This document shows positions 27,064 through 35,617 of a stretch of 64,000 nucleotides of DNA, one piece after another. The notes beneath the pieces are model-generated. The model was not told where the DNA came from, searched no databases, and saw nothing but the letters and a program-made list of their open reading frames with translations. Source of the DNA: a virus (Duplodnaviria > Caudoviricetes); IMG/VR virus record IMGVR_UViG_2893967813_000002, positions 12,653 to 76,652 of that record. One strand, 5' to 3'. The position numbers and the translations under genes are program-made. The first letter of the stretch is position 1. Each line of letters opens with the position of its first letter.

Positions 27064-28497
27064 TTAAGGCTCTTCAACAGGAGCTTTGGCAAGACGCATT
27101 CTTGCATGTGCTTTTGCATAGCGCAAGTACAAGCAGCTTACTTCTTGGATTACTACCGCATCGGTACGGCGGATACCGGCTTTCTGCAAGTCAAGTACGT
27201 TTCTTGCCCAAGAGATATGTGTTTTCTTCGACAGGTATTCCGGGTCCATTGCAAAGCCGCAGTCGCTCATGCCATTCACGTCAAATAGTTCGTGATGAAT
27301 GGTCAGTACCTCTCCGAAATCGGTATCCCAAGATTTGAATTTCAAATTCCAAACCTCAACAGTGTCTTTCAGGCGGAACTTCTCACTCTTGATTTTCGAG
27401 AATGCAGACAGCATATCGCTACCGCAGAAAAGGATTTTGCGTTTGTTGCCGATACCTGTACCCACAAAGAGGTCTTTGGTAATATCCACAAGGTTTTCAT
27501 CGGTAATGACGGCGCACTGCTTGTCCGCATTCCATTCGCCCACTTCGATGTCTTTGCCAGCCATCCACCATATGCCGCCTGTAAACCAAGTGTTCATACC
27601 GTCCTTGGCAATATGCTTGATGACATTCTTGACACCGAACAGATAGGTATTCTCCATGGCGAGGCGCATATCATATACACCGTCCTCCTCAATGTCCGAG
27701 AAATTCCAGTTCACTTCCTTGGCGGCAATCTTGTCAAAGGTGGACTGCTCTACCTGAATCATGAAGTTCTGACAATACTGGGTTTCAGGCATCGGGATAT
27801 TGTTGAAGCGTCCTGTCTGTACATCCAACTCACCACAAGCCTTACCCATACGAACAAGTGTTGTTCCTGAAGGAATCTCCGGTACAAGGATTGGTTGTTT
27901 ACTCGAACTGTCCATGTCACCGTTAACAGCATACACGGTTGGTAAGTTTGTTGAGCTATCTTTACCGCATACACATAATACAAGGTCGGGAACATTGCTG
28001 TCTTCCAGCCCATATTTTGTTCCATCCGGCTTCGTAATGGCTTTCACACCTACTACTCGAATGGTATCATCCAGAGTAAACATGTTCAGGTCATCTACCG
28101 GAAGGGAGGTGCTGGCTCCGTTCAGCATCTTTTCTACTTTCTTGTTGGTACTGCACTTGATTTCTCTTGTGCCTACGCTGTAATACTTAACTTCGAAAGA
28201 GCTTGTACTACTTGATTTTGCATAACGGCTGATTTGGTCGATAGGAGTTGCCATCGGACGTATCTTCACGATACGTTTGTCCACATCGCTCAAATAAAAA
28301 TTTGAGTCACCATCCGTTCTGCCTGCGGTTTCCGTTGCGATACCGTCTGTTCCGCCCGTACCGTCAGCTCCGGCTGTTGTTTTACCTGCATCAGGGAGTT
28401 CGGAGGCGTTGGCCATGAACACACCGCTTGATGCGCCTGTCACAAATGCCAATACCATCAGCATGATGCGACACAGAAAACTTGTTGCTTTCTTCAT
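27064..28497 (-). CDS. Major capsid protein (DUF5309/SU10-like, inferred)
   Basis: 477 aa from MKKATS; QYCQNFMIQVEQS, MRLAMENTYLFG pattern; follows scaffold. Confidence 0.7.
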   Translation of the reverse strand: MKKATSFLCRIMLMVLAFVTGASSGVFMANASELPDAGKTTAGADGTGGTDGIATETAGRTDGDSNFYLSDVDKRIVKIRPMATPIDQISRYAKSSSTSSFEVKYYSVGTREIKCSTNKKVEKMLNGASTSLPVDDLNMFTLDDTIRVVGVKAITKPDGTKYGLEDSNVPDLVLCVCGKDSSTNLPTVYAVNGDMDSSSKQPILVPEIPSGTTLVRMGKACGELDVQTGRFNNIPMPETQYCQNFMIQVEQSTFDKIAAKEVNWNFSDIEEDGVYDMRLAMENTYLFGVKNVIKHIAKDGMNTWFTGGIWWMAGKDIEVGEWNADKQCAVITDENLVDITKDLFVGTGIGNKRKILFCGSDMLSAFSKIKSEKFRLKDTVEVWNLKFKSWDTDFGEVLTIHHELFDVNGMSDCGFAMDPEYLSKKTHISWARNVLDLQKAGIRRTDAVVIQEVSCLYLRYAKAHARMRLAKAPVEEP

Positions 28498-28538
28498 TGC
28501 TCTTTTAATTTTTGAAAAGTGAATAAATAGAATTGATT

Positions 28539-29327
28539 TTACTTGTTTGTCCTGCGTTTTTCTCCGCCACGTTCCCAAATGTTCTGAGTTCCGTAGTTTT
28601 GGTCAATGACACCCAAATCTGGCATTTCTCGTGAGCCGCCTTTGCCTCCGCCGTTCTTGCTGCCGAGGTTGGCTGTACCGTCATTCTTGCTGCCCTTGCG
28701 CAACTTTTCTTCAATCTTGGTGTTGCGGCCTCTTACTTCGCCTTCTCGGTCTGCCTGTTCCACATCGCTGTCATGCCGGATGGCTTTGAGTGCCATTGCC
28801 ACGCTCTCACGTGTGAACTTGCCCATGATTCCGTCACGCACAATGCCGACAAGGAAATCCATTGCACTGTCAATGTCCTCATCAGATAGTCCTTCATCTT
28901 GCTGCATGGTTTCAAGGGTGGTCAAAGTCTCGTTGAGGTTCTTCTGATACTCTCCCTCGTACTCTTTCTCTTGGGCGATGCGTTCTGCAAACTCCTTATT
29001 GGCGGCTGCAAGTGCCTCCTGCTTTTCGGGGTCTTCAAGTGCGGCCTTGAAATCATCCCCGAATTTACGCACCATACCGATGATAGGGTCTTCGCCCTTT
29101 CTCCAGTCGGTAAGAAAAGCGGCACTGCGCGGGTTGCTTGCAAATAAGTCCGAGAGAGCTTTTTCTCGCTCACGGTATCCAGACAATTCGTTGTCGTAAC
29201 TGTCGTAATCGTCATTGGTTTGACCAAATAACGCTTCATCATCGGCAAACTCCTTGTCGGGATACTTTGTTTTCAACCGTTCCATGTATCTGTCCCGGTT
29301 GCTTTTAACTTCCGTATTCTTAGGCAT
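28539..29327 (-). CDS. Capsid scaffolding protein (inferred)
   Basis: Acidic, helical, directly upstream of capsid. Confidence 0.6.
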   Translation of the reverse strand: MPKNTEVKSNRDRYMERLKTKYPDKEFADDEALFGQTNDDYDSYDNELSGYREREKALSDLFASNPRSAAFLTDWRKGEDPIIGMVRKFGDDFKAALEDPEKQEALAAANKEFAERIAQEKEYEGEYQKNLNETLTTLETMQQDEGLSDEDIDSAMDFLVGIVRDGIMGKFTRESVAMALKAIRHDSDVEQADREGEVRGRNTKIEEKLRKGSKNDGTANLGSKNGGGKGGSREMPDLGVIDQNYGTQNIWERGGEKRRTNK

Positions 29328-29364
29328 ATACTGTAAATAATTAATGTTGTCTGAAACTTTGAAG

Positions 29365-29408
29365 CAAAAATAAGCTAAGATACACGCATTCTATGTTTAT
29401 CTTTTTAC
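29365..29408 (-). promoter_or_regulatory. Putative late promoter GTAAAAAGATAA-N24-TATTTTTG for scaffold/capsid operon
   Basis: TTATCTTTTTAC 29397-29408 and CAAAAATA 29365-29372. Confidence 0.7.
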
Positions 29409-29419
29409 GCTCCAATAGG

Positions 29420-29427
29420 TAACTTTG
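29420..29427 (+). promoter_or_regulatory. -7 box TAACTTTG for the terminase operon
   Basis: Matches TAnnTTTG about 30 nt upstream of the 29460 ATG; lacks the late motif. Confidence 0.5.
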
Positions 29428-29459
29428 GTACACGGTTAAAGCTGTAATTTGTTGTAGGA

Positions 29460-29894
29460 ATGAAACATAAAGGGGCATTGATGGAGTACTTTCAAGAACG
29501 TTCAGACGACTTGATGAGGGCGTACGATGAATATATTGAATCGTGCGACTACATCCGTATGCCTGATGTGTACAACAACATTGTCAATATGCCTTCACGC
29601 CGTTTTTGGGTAAGCGATATTCGGGCAGCTCTTGTGGTATCAGCGATGATGAAGGGCAAGGCGCATTTGGAGAAGATGTGTCCGTCCAAACGTGAAATGT
29701 ACGAAGAAATCTATAGCCGTGTCATGGTAATGTACACCGATTATCCCGATAAGACTATTTCTGAACTATGTTCTATGGTTGTCATGCAGCCCGCCCCTAA
29801 ATTCTACCTCACGCCTGGTAGTGCAAAGATTATGGTTTGTAAAGCAAGGAAAGAATGGGTAAGACGAAAACAACAAAGGCTGTTTCGCTTTTAA
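29460..29894 (+). CDS. Hypothetical helical protein, first gene of terminase operon
   Basis: 144 aa with internal PSRRFWVS / PAPKFYLT repeat. Confidence 0.7.
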   Translation: MKHKGALMEYFQERSDDLMRAYDEYIESCDYIRMPDVYNNIVNMPSRRFWVSDIRAALVVSAMMKGKAHLEKMCPSKREMYEEIYSRVMVMYTDYPDKTISELCSMVVMQPAPKFYLTPGSAKIMVCKARKEWVRRKQQRLFRF

Positions 29895-30346
29895 TTTCAA
29901 TCATTGTATGCTGCTTGGCTTTGCAGGATATTCAAGATTGGTCAGAAGTCGGTATCTTCAAAGATTGCGGACCGGGGTGTCGTATGTCATATCCATTTTA
30001 TCATGTGAATATAATTCACGCCGCACTTAATGCGTGGTGTCTGCTTTCGGTCGTATTCATATACAATGTGTCATTATGGCGCTTGGTATTCGCATACATT
30101 TCCGCCGTATCTGTTCCAGTACTCTGTCTATCCAATATTCCTACGGTTGGACTTTCAGGGTTAGTATTTGTACTGTTCGGTTCCGTTTCTTTCGAGGTAG
30201 AAAGAAAGGTCTATTATCAATTATGGATGGTTGTCTATCTCGTCATCGGTTTTCTTTTTCCCGGCACCAATGCGTGGGTACACTTGTACTGCTATCTCGT
30301 AGGGTGTTTGGCGGCATTGTTGAACAAACCTGTAAAAATCGGTTAA
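29855..30346 (+). CDS. Rhomboid-family intramembrane serine protease
   Basis: YPFYHVNIIHAALN, VGLSG (GxSG), VHLYC (His); multiple TM helices. Confidence 0.75.
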   Translation: MGKTKTTKAVSLLISIIVCCLALQDIQDWSEVGIFKDCGPGCRMSYPFYHVNIIHAALNAWCLLSVVFIYNVSLWRLVFAYISAVSVPVLCLSNIPTVGLSGLVFVLFGSVSFEVERKVYYQLWMVVYLVIGFLFPGTNAWVHLYCYLVGCLAALLNKPVKIG

Positions 30347-30347
30347 T

Positions 30348-32437
30348 ATGCAGGAGGAAATCAGACTTATCATCGAAGAAAACAACCGCCGAAACGCAGA
30401 GGTGTATGCACGCTTTGACCCAATTGGCGGTTTCGGTTCGGTTGGGGAACGTGTAAAGGTCTGTATAGAGGACTTCCCGATACGCACCCAATACCTGCCT
30501 GTCGAAATGATGGATGTACCGCTTGTTCGGCAACTTGTCGAATGTGGCTCTGTCAAGGCATTCTTGCAGGAACTTGGAAATGCTAAAGAGGAAGATTATG
30601 AAAGCGACCGGCTCAAAGTAATAAGCCAGTTTGTGCGCATACGTAACAAATATGACTTCCCATTTTGGGCGGCAACATTCGTCTATATCAAGAACAAGGG
30701 GGGCGGCGAAGATGTGTTATTTCGCCTTACTCGACCGCAACGCCGTTTCGTTGAAAGGTTGGAACGATTGCGAAAAGCAGGTAAGCCTATACGCCTTGTC
30801 TTGCTGAAAGCACGGCAATGGGGAGGTTCTACCACCTCGCAAATATATATGGCATGGTTACAGTTGGTTCATAAAGTAGGACTGAACTCACTTATCATCG
30901 CCCATCAAGGTGCTGGTTCGGATGAAATCAAGGATATGTTCGACCGTATGATAAAGAACTATCCGGTGGATATGCTGCACAAACTGGGTGAAACATACAG
31001 CGAGAATGAGCCTAAAATGGTCGGGGTCGGTAAGTCGGGCAGTATTCATCGTGTACCGCAACGCAACTGTAAGATTAAGATTGGTACTGCCGAACGACCT
31101 GACTCCTGCCGTGGTGGAGACTACAACCTTGTGCATCTGTCCGAGGTCGGACTATGGAAAGCGACAGATGGGAAGAAGCCCGAAGACATTGTGCGCTCTG
31201 CCTGTTCGGGAGTGCTGCTGCGTCCATATACAATGATTGTATATGAAAGTACAGCTAATGGTACAGGTAATTTCTTTCAAAAAGAGTATGACGATGCTAA
31301 GAACGGAAAATCCCAGTTCGAGGCAATGTTCGTGTCGTGGTTTGACATAGAACAGTATTCGTTGCCTCTTGACGATGTGGAAGCTTTTGCACAAATGCTG
31401 TATGCAAACCGTGAGAATGACGGCATACCTTCATCCCGTGAGGAAAACGGCAAATATCTGTGGTGGCTGTGGGAGAAGGGCGCAACGCTTGAAGCTATCA
31501 ATTGGTACATACAGGAACGTGCCAAATATACCGAACACGGATTGATGGCGGCAGAGTTCCTTCCGATGATGTTGAGGCGTTCGTTCATTCCGGCGCACGT
31601 GTGTTCGACAAATACAAGGTCGAGAAACTTAAAGCATCATGCAAGCCTCCACGATATGTAGGAGAAGTATATGCCGATGGTGATGAGGGGAAGAAAGCAT
31701 TGCAAAACCTCCGTTTTGTTGGTGACAGCCAAGGCTTGCTACATATTTGGGAAATGCCTGAGATTTACGATGACGAAGTGGTAACCGACAGATATTTGAC
31801 GGTGGTCGATGTCGGTGGGCGTTCCAATAAGGCTGACTGGTCTGTCATTGTCGTGTTCGACCGTCTCTTCATGACTGACGGAGGAAAACCCACCGTTGTG
31901 GCGCAATGGTACGGACATATAGATATTGACCTTTTGGCGTGGAAAGCGGCACAGATAGCGGCTTTCTATGACAATTCCATGCTTGTGATTGAGAGCAACA
32001 CACTTGAAACACATGACAAGGAAAGGCAGGTGGACGGAGACCAATCCCAATTCATTCTCAATCAGATTAAGGATGTTTATCCCAACCTGTACGCACGCAA
32101 GCAGTCGGAGGAGGCTATTCGGGAGGGATTGCCAGTGAACTACGGTTTCCACACCAATATAGCCACAAAGCCGATGGTAATCTCAACCCTTGTGAAAGTC
32201 ATCCGTGAGAGCCTGTATGTTGAGCGTGATGCCCGTTGTCTGGACGAATATCTGTGTTATGAGAAGAAACCGAACGGGGCGTTCGGGGCGATTATCGGTA
32301 AACACGATGACTTGTTGATGACCCGTGCCATTGGTCTGCACATCTGTTTCTTTGAAATGGATATGCCTAAATTCGTACCTCGTGTGGGAAGATATATCAG
32401 CAGGAAGAAAAAAGCGGTATCTGCCGCAACAATATAG
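30348..32437 (+). CDS. terL: Terminase large subunit, frameshift near 31560
   Basis: LLKARQWGGST, HLSEVG, VYESTANG, VVDVGG, HDDLLM; one missing C joins EF-PSDDVEAF. Confidence 0.88.
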
Positions 32438-32461
32438 TTTAACAATTTAACAATAGGAAAG

Positions 32462-32815
32462 ATGAACATCTTTAAGAAAATCCGTGCTTCACTCCGTTTG
32501 CGTGAGGCAGTAAGACAAGCCGACAAGGCACATCGTGAGAATGGACAACGCTACTATGTAATGCCGACAAGTGGCGTGAGTGGACAACTTGTAATTATGG
32601 ATAGGAACAATTTCCGTAAACTCAAGCAGAAGCACTATATCAACCATAATACATTCGTCAGAGACCTCGAATTTGAGTGTTTCTATTGCACTCCGTACAA
32701 TAACGGTGCAGGTAAATTATCTTCGGCTGTAATGGCGAAAAAACGTAATCAGTATTACTCATGGTTGGAAGCAATCGGCAAATCAAGAAAAAATGGGAAA
32801 GTACGGAAATATTGA
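32462..32815 (+). CDS. Hypothetical protein
   Basis: 117-aa ORF. Confidence 0.65.
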   Translation: MNIFKKIRASLRLREAVRQADKAHRENGQRYYVMPTSGVSGQLVIMDRNNFRKLKQKHYINHNTFVRDLEFECFYCTPYNNGAGKLSSAVMAKKRNQYYSWLEAIGKSRKNGKVRKY

Positions 32816-33017
32816 CGGTATAGCAACACTTACCAACGACCCGCTCGCACTTGACAATATCAATAAGTTTAAAGTCGGGGACCGGGTGATGTGCAACGAT
32901 AATGGTGTCATTGGTACGGTCAAGGAATTGGATATTCCGAACGAAGCCTGTATTGTTGATTTCGACAATGGAGAGGAAGATGTCTGGATAGAGAAATTCC
33001 AACTGTCCAAAGAATAA
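32793..33017 (+). CDS. Small SH3/YorP-like beta-barrel protein (inferred)
   Basis: FKVGDRVMC...GTVKEL...IVDFDNG. Confidence 0.5.
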   Translation: MGKYGNIDGIATLTNDPLALDNINKFKVGDRVMCNDNGVIGTVKELDIPNEACIVDFDNGEEDVWIEKFQLSKE

Positions 33018-33026
33018 TAAATAGAC

Positions 33027-33067
33027 ATGAGGGTGTATCAAATTGAATATATTTGGTACACCCTCAT
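33027..33067. terminator. Long hairpin between convergent genes
   Basis: ATGAGGGTGTATCAAAT...ATTTGGTACACCCTCAT. Confidence 0.75.
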
Positions 33068-33077
33068 TCTTTATCCG

Positions 33078-33542
33078 CTAAGCATGGGCTAATTTGATTC
33101 TTTTCTCGTTGCCTCTTGACCAAATGTCATCTTCGCTTTGTCCATATGTCGCAAGCTGTTCTATTTCTTTCTTTTGTTGTTCCTGCCAAGGCTCAAACTC
33201 TATAATATCTCTCATAAGCCATGAATCCCACCGTCCTCTGAAACAGATACCCCGGTCATCAAGGTACACATCGGCTATGATTTTTCCGCTTGTATGTTCC
33301 GGTTGATTCGGGTTTTCGTTTATATGGTCGTATGAAATATTGTTTTCTGCCAACCACTTTTCCAATTTTTCAGTTTTCTTGCGTGTCGTGAAGATGATGA
33401 TAGTCCATCCGTTTTTCTTTAGGGTGGCTGTACCTGTATCTGCGTTCGGTATCATCTGCCCAAACACATCCTCGCCTTGCCAACCTTTACTGTAGTCATG
33501 AATGACACCGTCAAAGTCTATACAAATAGTTTTCTGTTCCAT
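33078..33542 (-). CDS. HAD-superfamily phosphatase-like protein
   Basis: ICIDFDGVI (DxD), IIFTTR, KIIADVYLDDR. Confidence 0.78.
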   Translation of the reverse strand: MEQKTICIDFDGVIHDYSKGWQGEDVFGQMIPNADTGTATLKKNGWTIIIFTTRKKTEKLEKWLAENNISYDHINENPNQPEHTSGKIIADVYLDDRGICFRGRWDSWLMRDIIEFEPWQEQQKKEIEQLATYGQSEDDIWSRGNEKRIKLAHA

Positions 33543-33560
33543 GATGTCGTTAAATTAAAA

Positions 33561-35537
33561 TTATTGCCTTATTGCATTATTCAGTTTGTTCACGGCCTGC
33601 ATGTTCGCACCTTGTTGCGCTTGCGCCATCAGTTCGGGAGAAAGACCGTCAGGCATTTTACCCTGTTCCAATTGCTCTTTCTGCGACTTGATGCTCTGTA
33701 ATAGTTCATCGGCAAACGGGAAGTCGCCATGTTCAAGTAGTTGTTCCACGCTGATAGCTTGTGCTTGCCACAACTGCATGAGTATGTCGTTGGCAAGATG
33801 CCTGTATGCAGGGGTAGTTGTACTTTCTGTGATGCTCAAGTCAAACTCCACGTCTCGTATCTTTTTCGGGTCGTATTCAATTTGCGCACCGCTCCGTCCG
33901 GCAATGTTGAACACGCGCTTACTGTCATAGAACTGCTGTATATTTTTTACATCCTTGTATGCACCATCTACCACAAAACCGCTGAAACATTCCAACAGGT
34001 CAAGCAAAGTGGTAGTGGCATTCTGCGTCTGTTGTTGGAAATGGGCGGCACTTTCACCCGAAAACCCAGGCTTGCCTTGTAATGCTCCTGTTACACCTGA
34101 AATGTCTTCAAAGAACTTCAATTGAATATTCAGCAGTTCAGCAATGCCGATGTTGGTCGAATTGTTGGCCACTTGTTCCGGCACACGTCCGCTCTTGCTC
34201 GGTCTATAGACAATCACACCGTTGAACTCAGCCCAGCTTTCCGCAATGTCGTCAATGCTCACTCCGTCCGGCAGACAATCATCGGGCATCATCAGTACCC
34301 CTTTGGCACTCGCACGCATTATCCAGTCATAGAGGGTTATCAGTCGGTTGGTATATCGTTGTTGGTCGATGACATCGGCCACGAACGAATGGATTTCACC
34401 GTCAATGAACGGATAAGCCTTGAATACGTATGGGTGGCTGTCATGTTCGTATGGCGTTTCTCCCTCTTTCAGAATATCTCCGAATGGCGACAGATAGTAG
34501 AAATACCAATAGTCGTCAATAAACCACGTGGCTTTAACGAGCGGTACTTCTTCTTCGGGCATACCGACTGACTTTGCCATTTCGATGCGTTCATCATTGA
34601 CGGCGACCACACACTTTTGGTAATCCTCCACGTCAATCTTGAAGATGTCCCCGTTTTGGTAGTCATGGCACCGGTATCTTGGCTTTTGCTCCTTGCGCCA
34701 CACCTCGATAACTCTGCATCGTCCCGGCTCACTCGTAAACAGAAAATCGTAGTTTTCCAAACGACTGTAGCCGAAACGCTCTGCATACGAGGCGATGTAT
34801 TCTTTCTTTGCCGCCCACTTGTAGATGTCCCTAAGTCTGCGGTAATCTTCGGGTGAAGAGGCAAACTGTTCGCAAAGCTGTCCGAATGAAATGTCGTGTA
34901 TCTCGCCAAGAACCGACACATCCCACCCTCGAAAATCTCTCATATTATTATCTATGAAGAAATTGTTTGGCTGTACATAGTCCGTCCAACAATCTTCTTT
35001 TCCGTTACGCCAACCGTATGATTTGCGATGTACAATGAATCCGCTGATAAGAAACTCCTCCATTGTCCGGGCATATACCTCCGTCATCCGGTTCAGTTGC
35101 ATATTGCATTGCAGAATTGTACTCATCGTTTCGCCCAATTTCTGCTCGTCTCGGTCACGTGCTGTACAGGTCGGTTCTTTGCTCTGGCTTCGATACACGC
35201 CGAGTACGCTTTTTACCAATCTGCGGATAAGGTTGTTCTTCAATGGCACATTGCCCTGCCTTTTGATATACTCTTCTTCCGTCATGGTCTCACCGTCCAC
35301 ACATATTTTGTCATCCCACTGAAAACCGTAGGTATATCGCTTGTTGCGCTCTCTGTCCTTTCGGAAATCCTCCATCTGATTCCAATAGTGCTGTGCCTCC
35401 ATCAATATATCAAACGCCCTGCGGTCGCCCGACTGCCGTGAAGACATTACTACGGTATCCATTTCCTCCGTATCACGTTTGGGTGCGACACGGCTCATGA
35501 ACAGCAGTCTTTTATTTCCATTTTTTGTATTATGCAT
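33561..35537 (-). CDS. Portal protein (P22 gp1/SU10-like)
   Basis: 658 aa; NNLIRRLVKSVLG, VIDQQRYTN, ISGVTGALQG...SA, FDLSI. Confidence 0.82.
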   Translation of the reverse strand: MHNTKNGNKRLLFMSRVAPKRDTEEMDTVVMSSRQSGDRRAFDILMEAQHYWNQMEDFRKDRERNKRYTYGFQWDDKICVDGETMTEEEYIKRQGNVPLKNNLIRRLVKSVLGVYRSQSKEPTCTARDRDEQKLGETMSTILQCNMQLNRMTEVYARTMEEFLISGFIVHRKSYGWRNGKEDCWTDYVQPNNFFIDNNMRDFRGWDVSVLGEIHDISFGQLCEQFASSPEDYRRLRDIYKWAAKKEYIASYAERFGYSRLENYDFLFTSEPGRCRVIEVWRKEQKPRYRCHDYQNGDIFKIDVEDYQKCVVAVNDERIEMAKSVGMPEEEVPLVKATWFIDDYWYFYYLSPFGDILKEGETPYEHDSHPYVFKAYPFIDGEIHSFVADVIDQQRYTNRLITLYDWIMRASAKGVLMMPDDCLPDGVSIDDIAESWAEFNGVIVYRPSKSGRVPEQVANNSTNIGIAELLNIQLKFFEDISGVTGALQGKPGFSGESAAHFQQQTQNATTTLLDLLECFSGFVVDGAYKDVKNIQQFYDSKRVFNIAGRSGAQIEYDPKKIRDVEFDLSITESTTTPAYRHLANDILMQLWQAQAISVEQLLEHGDFPFADELLQSIKSQKEQLEQGKMPDGLSPELMAQAQQGANMQAVNKLNNAIRQ

Positions 35538-35573
35538 AATCGTTAAATATTATCAGAATGCTTAGGATAGACA

Positions 35574-35617
35574 CAAAGGTACTATCCAAAGCATTCCTTT
35601 CAAGTATAACTATTTAC
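35574..35617 (-). promoter_or_regulatory. Putative late promoter GTAAATAGTTAT-N24-TACCTTTG for portal
   Basis: ATAACTATTTAC 35606-35617 and CAAAGGTA 35574-35581. Confidence 0.65.

Noticed and set aside
13624-32437. Endolysin and terminase as pseudogenes (domesticated prophage)
   Set aside because: The same 1-bp deletion pattern hits host ppdK, and no in-frame nonsense codons or large deletions were seen; sequencing error is more parsimonious.
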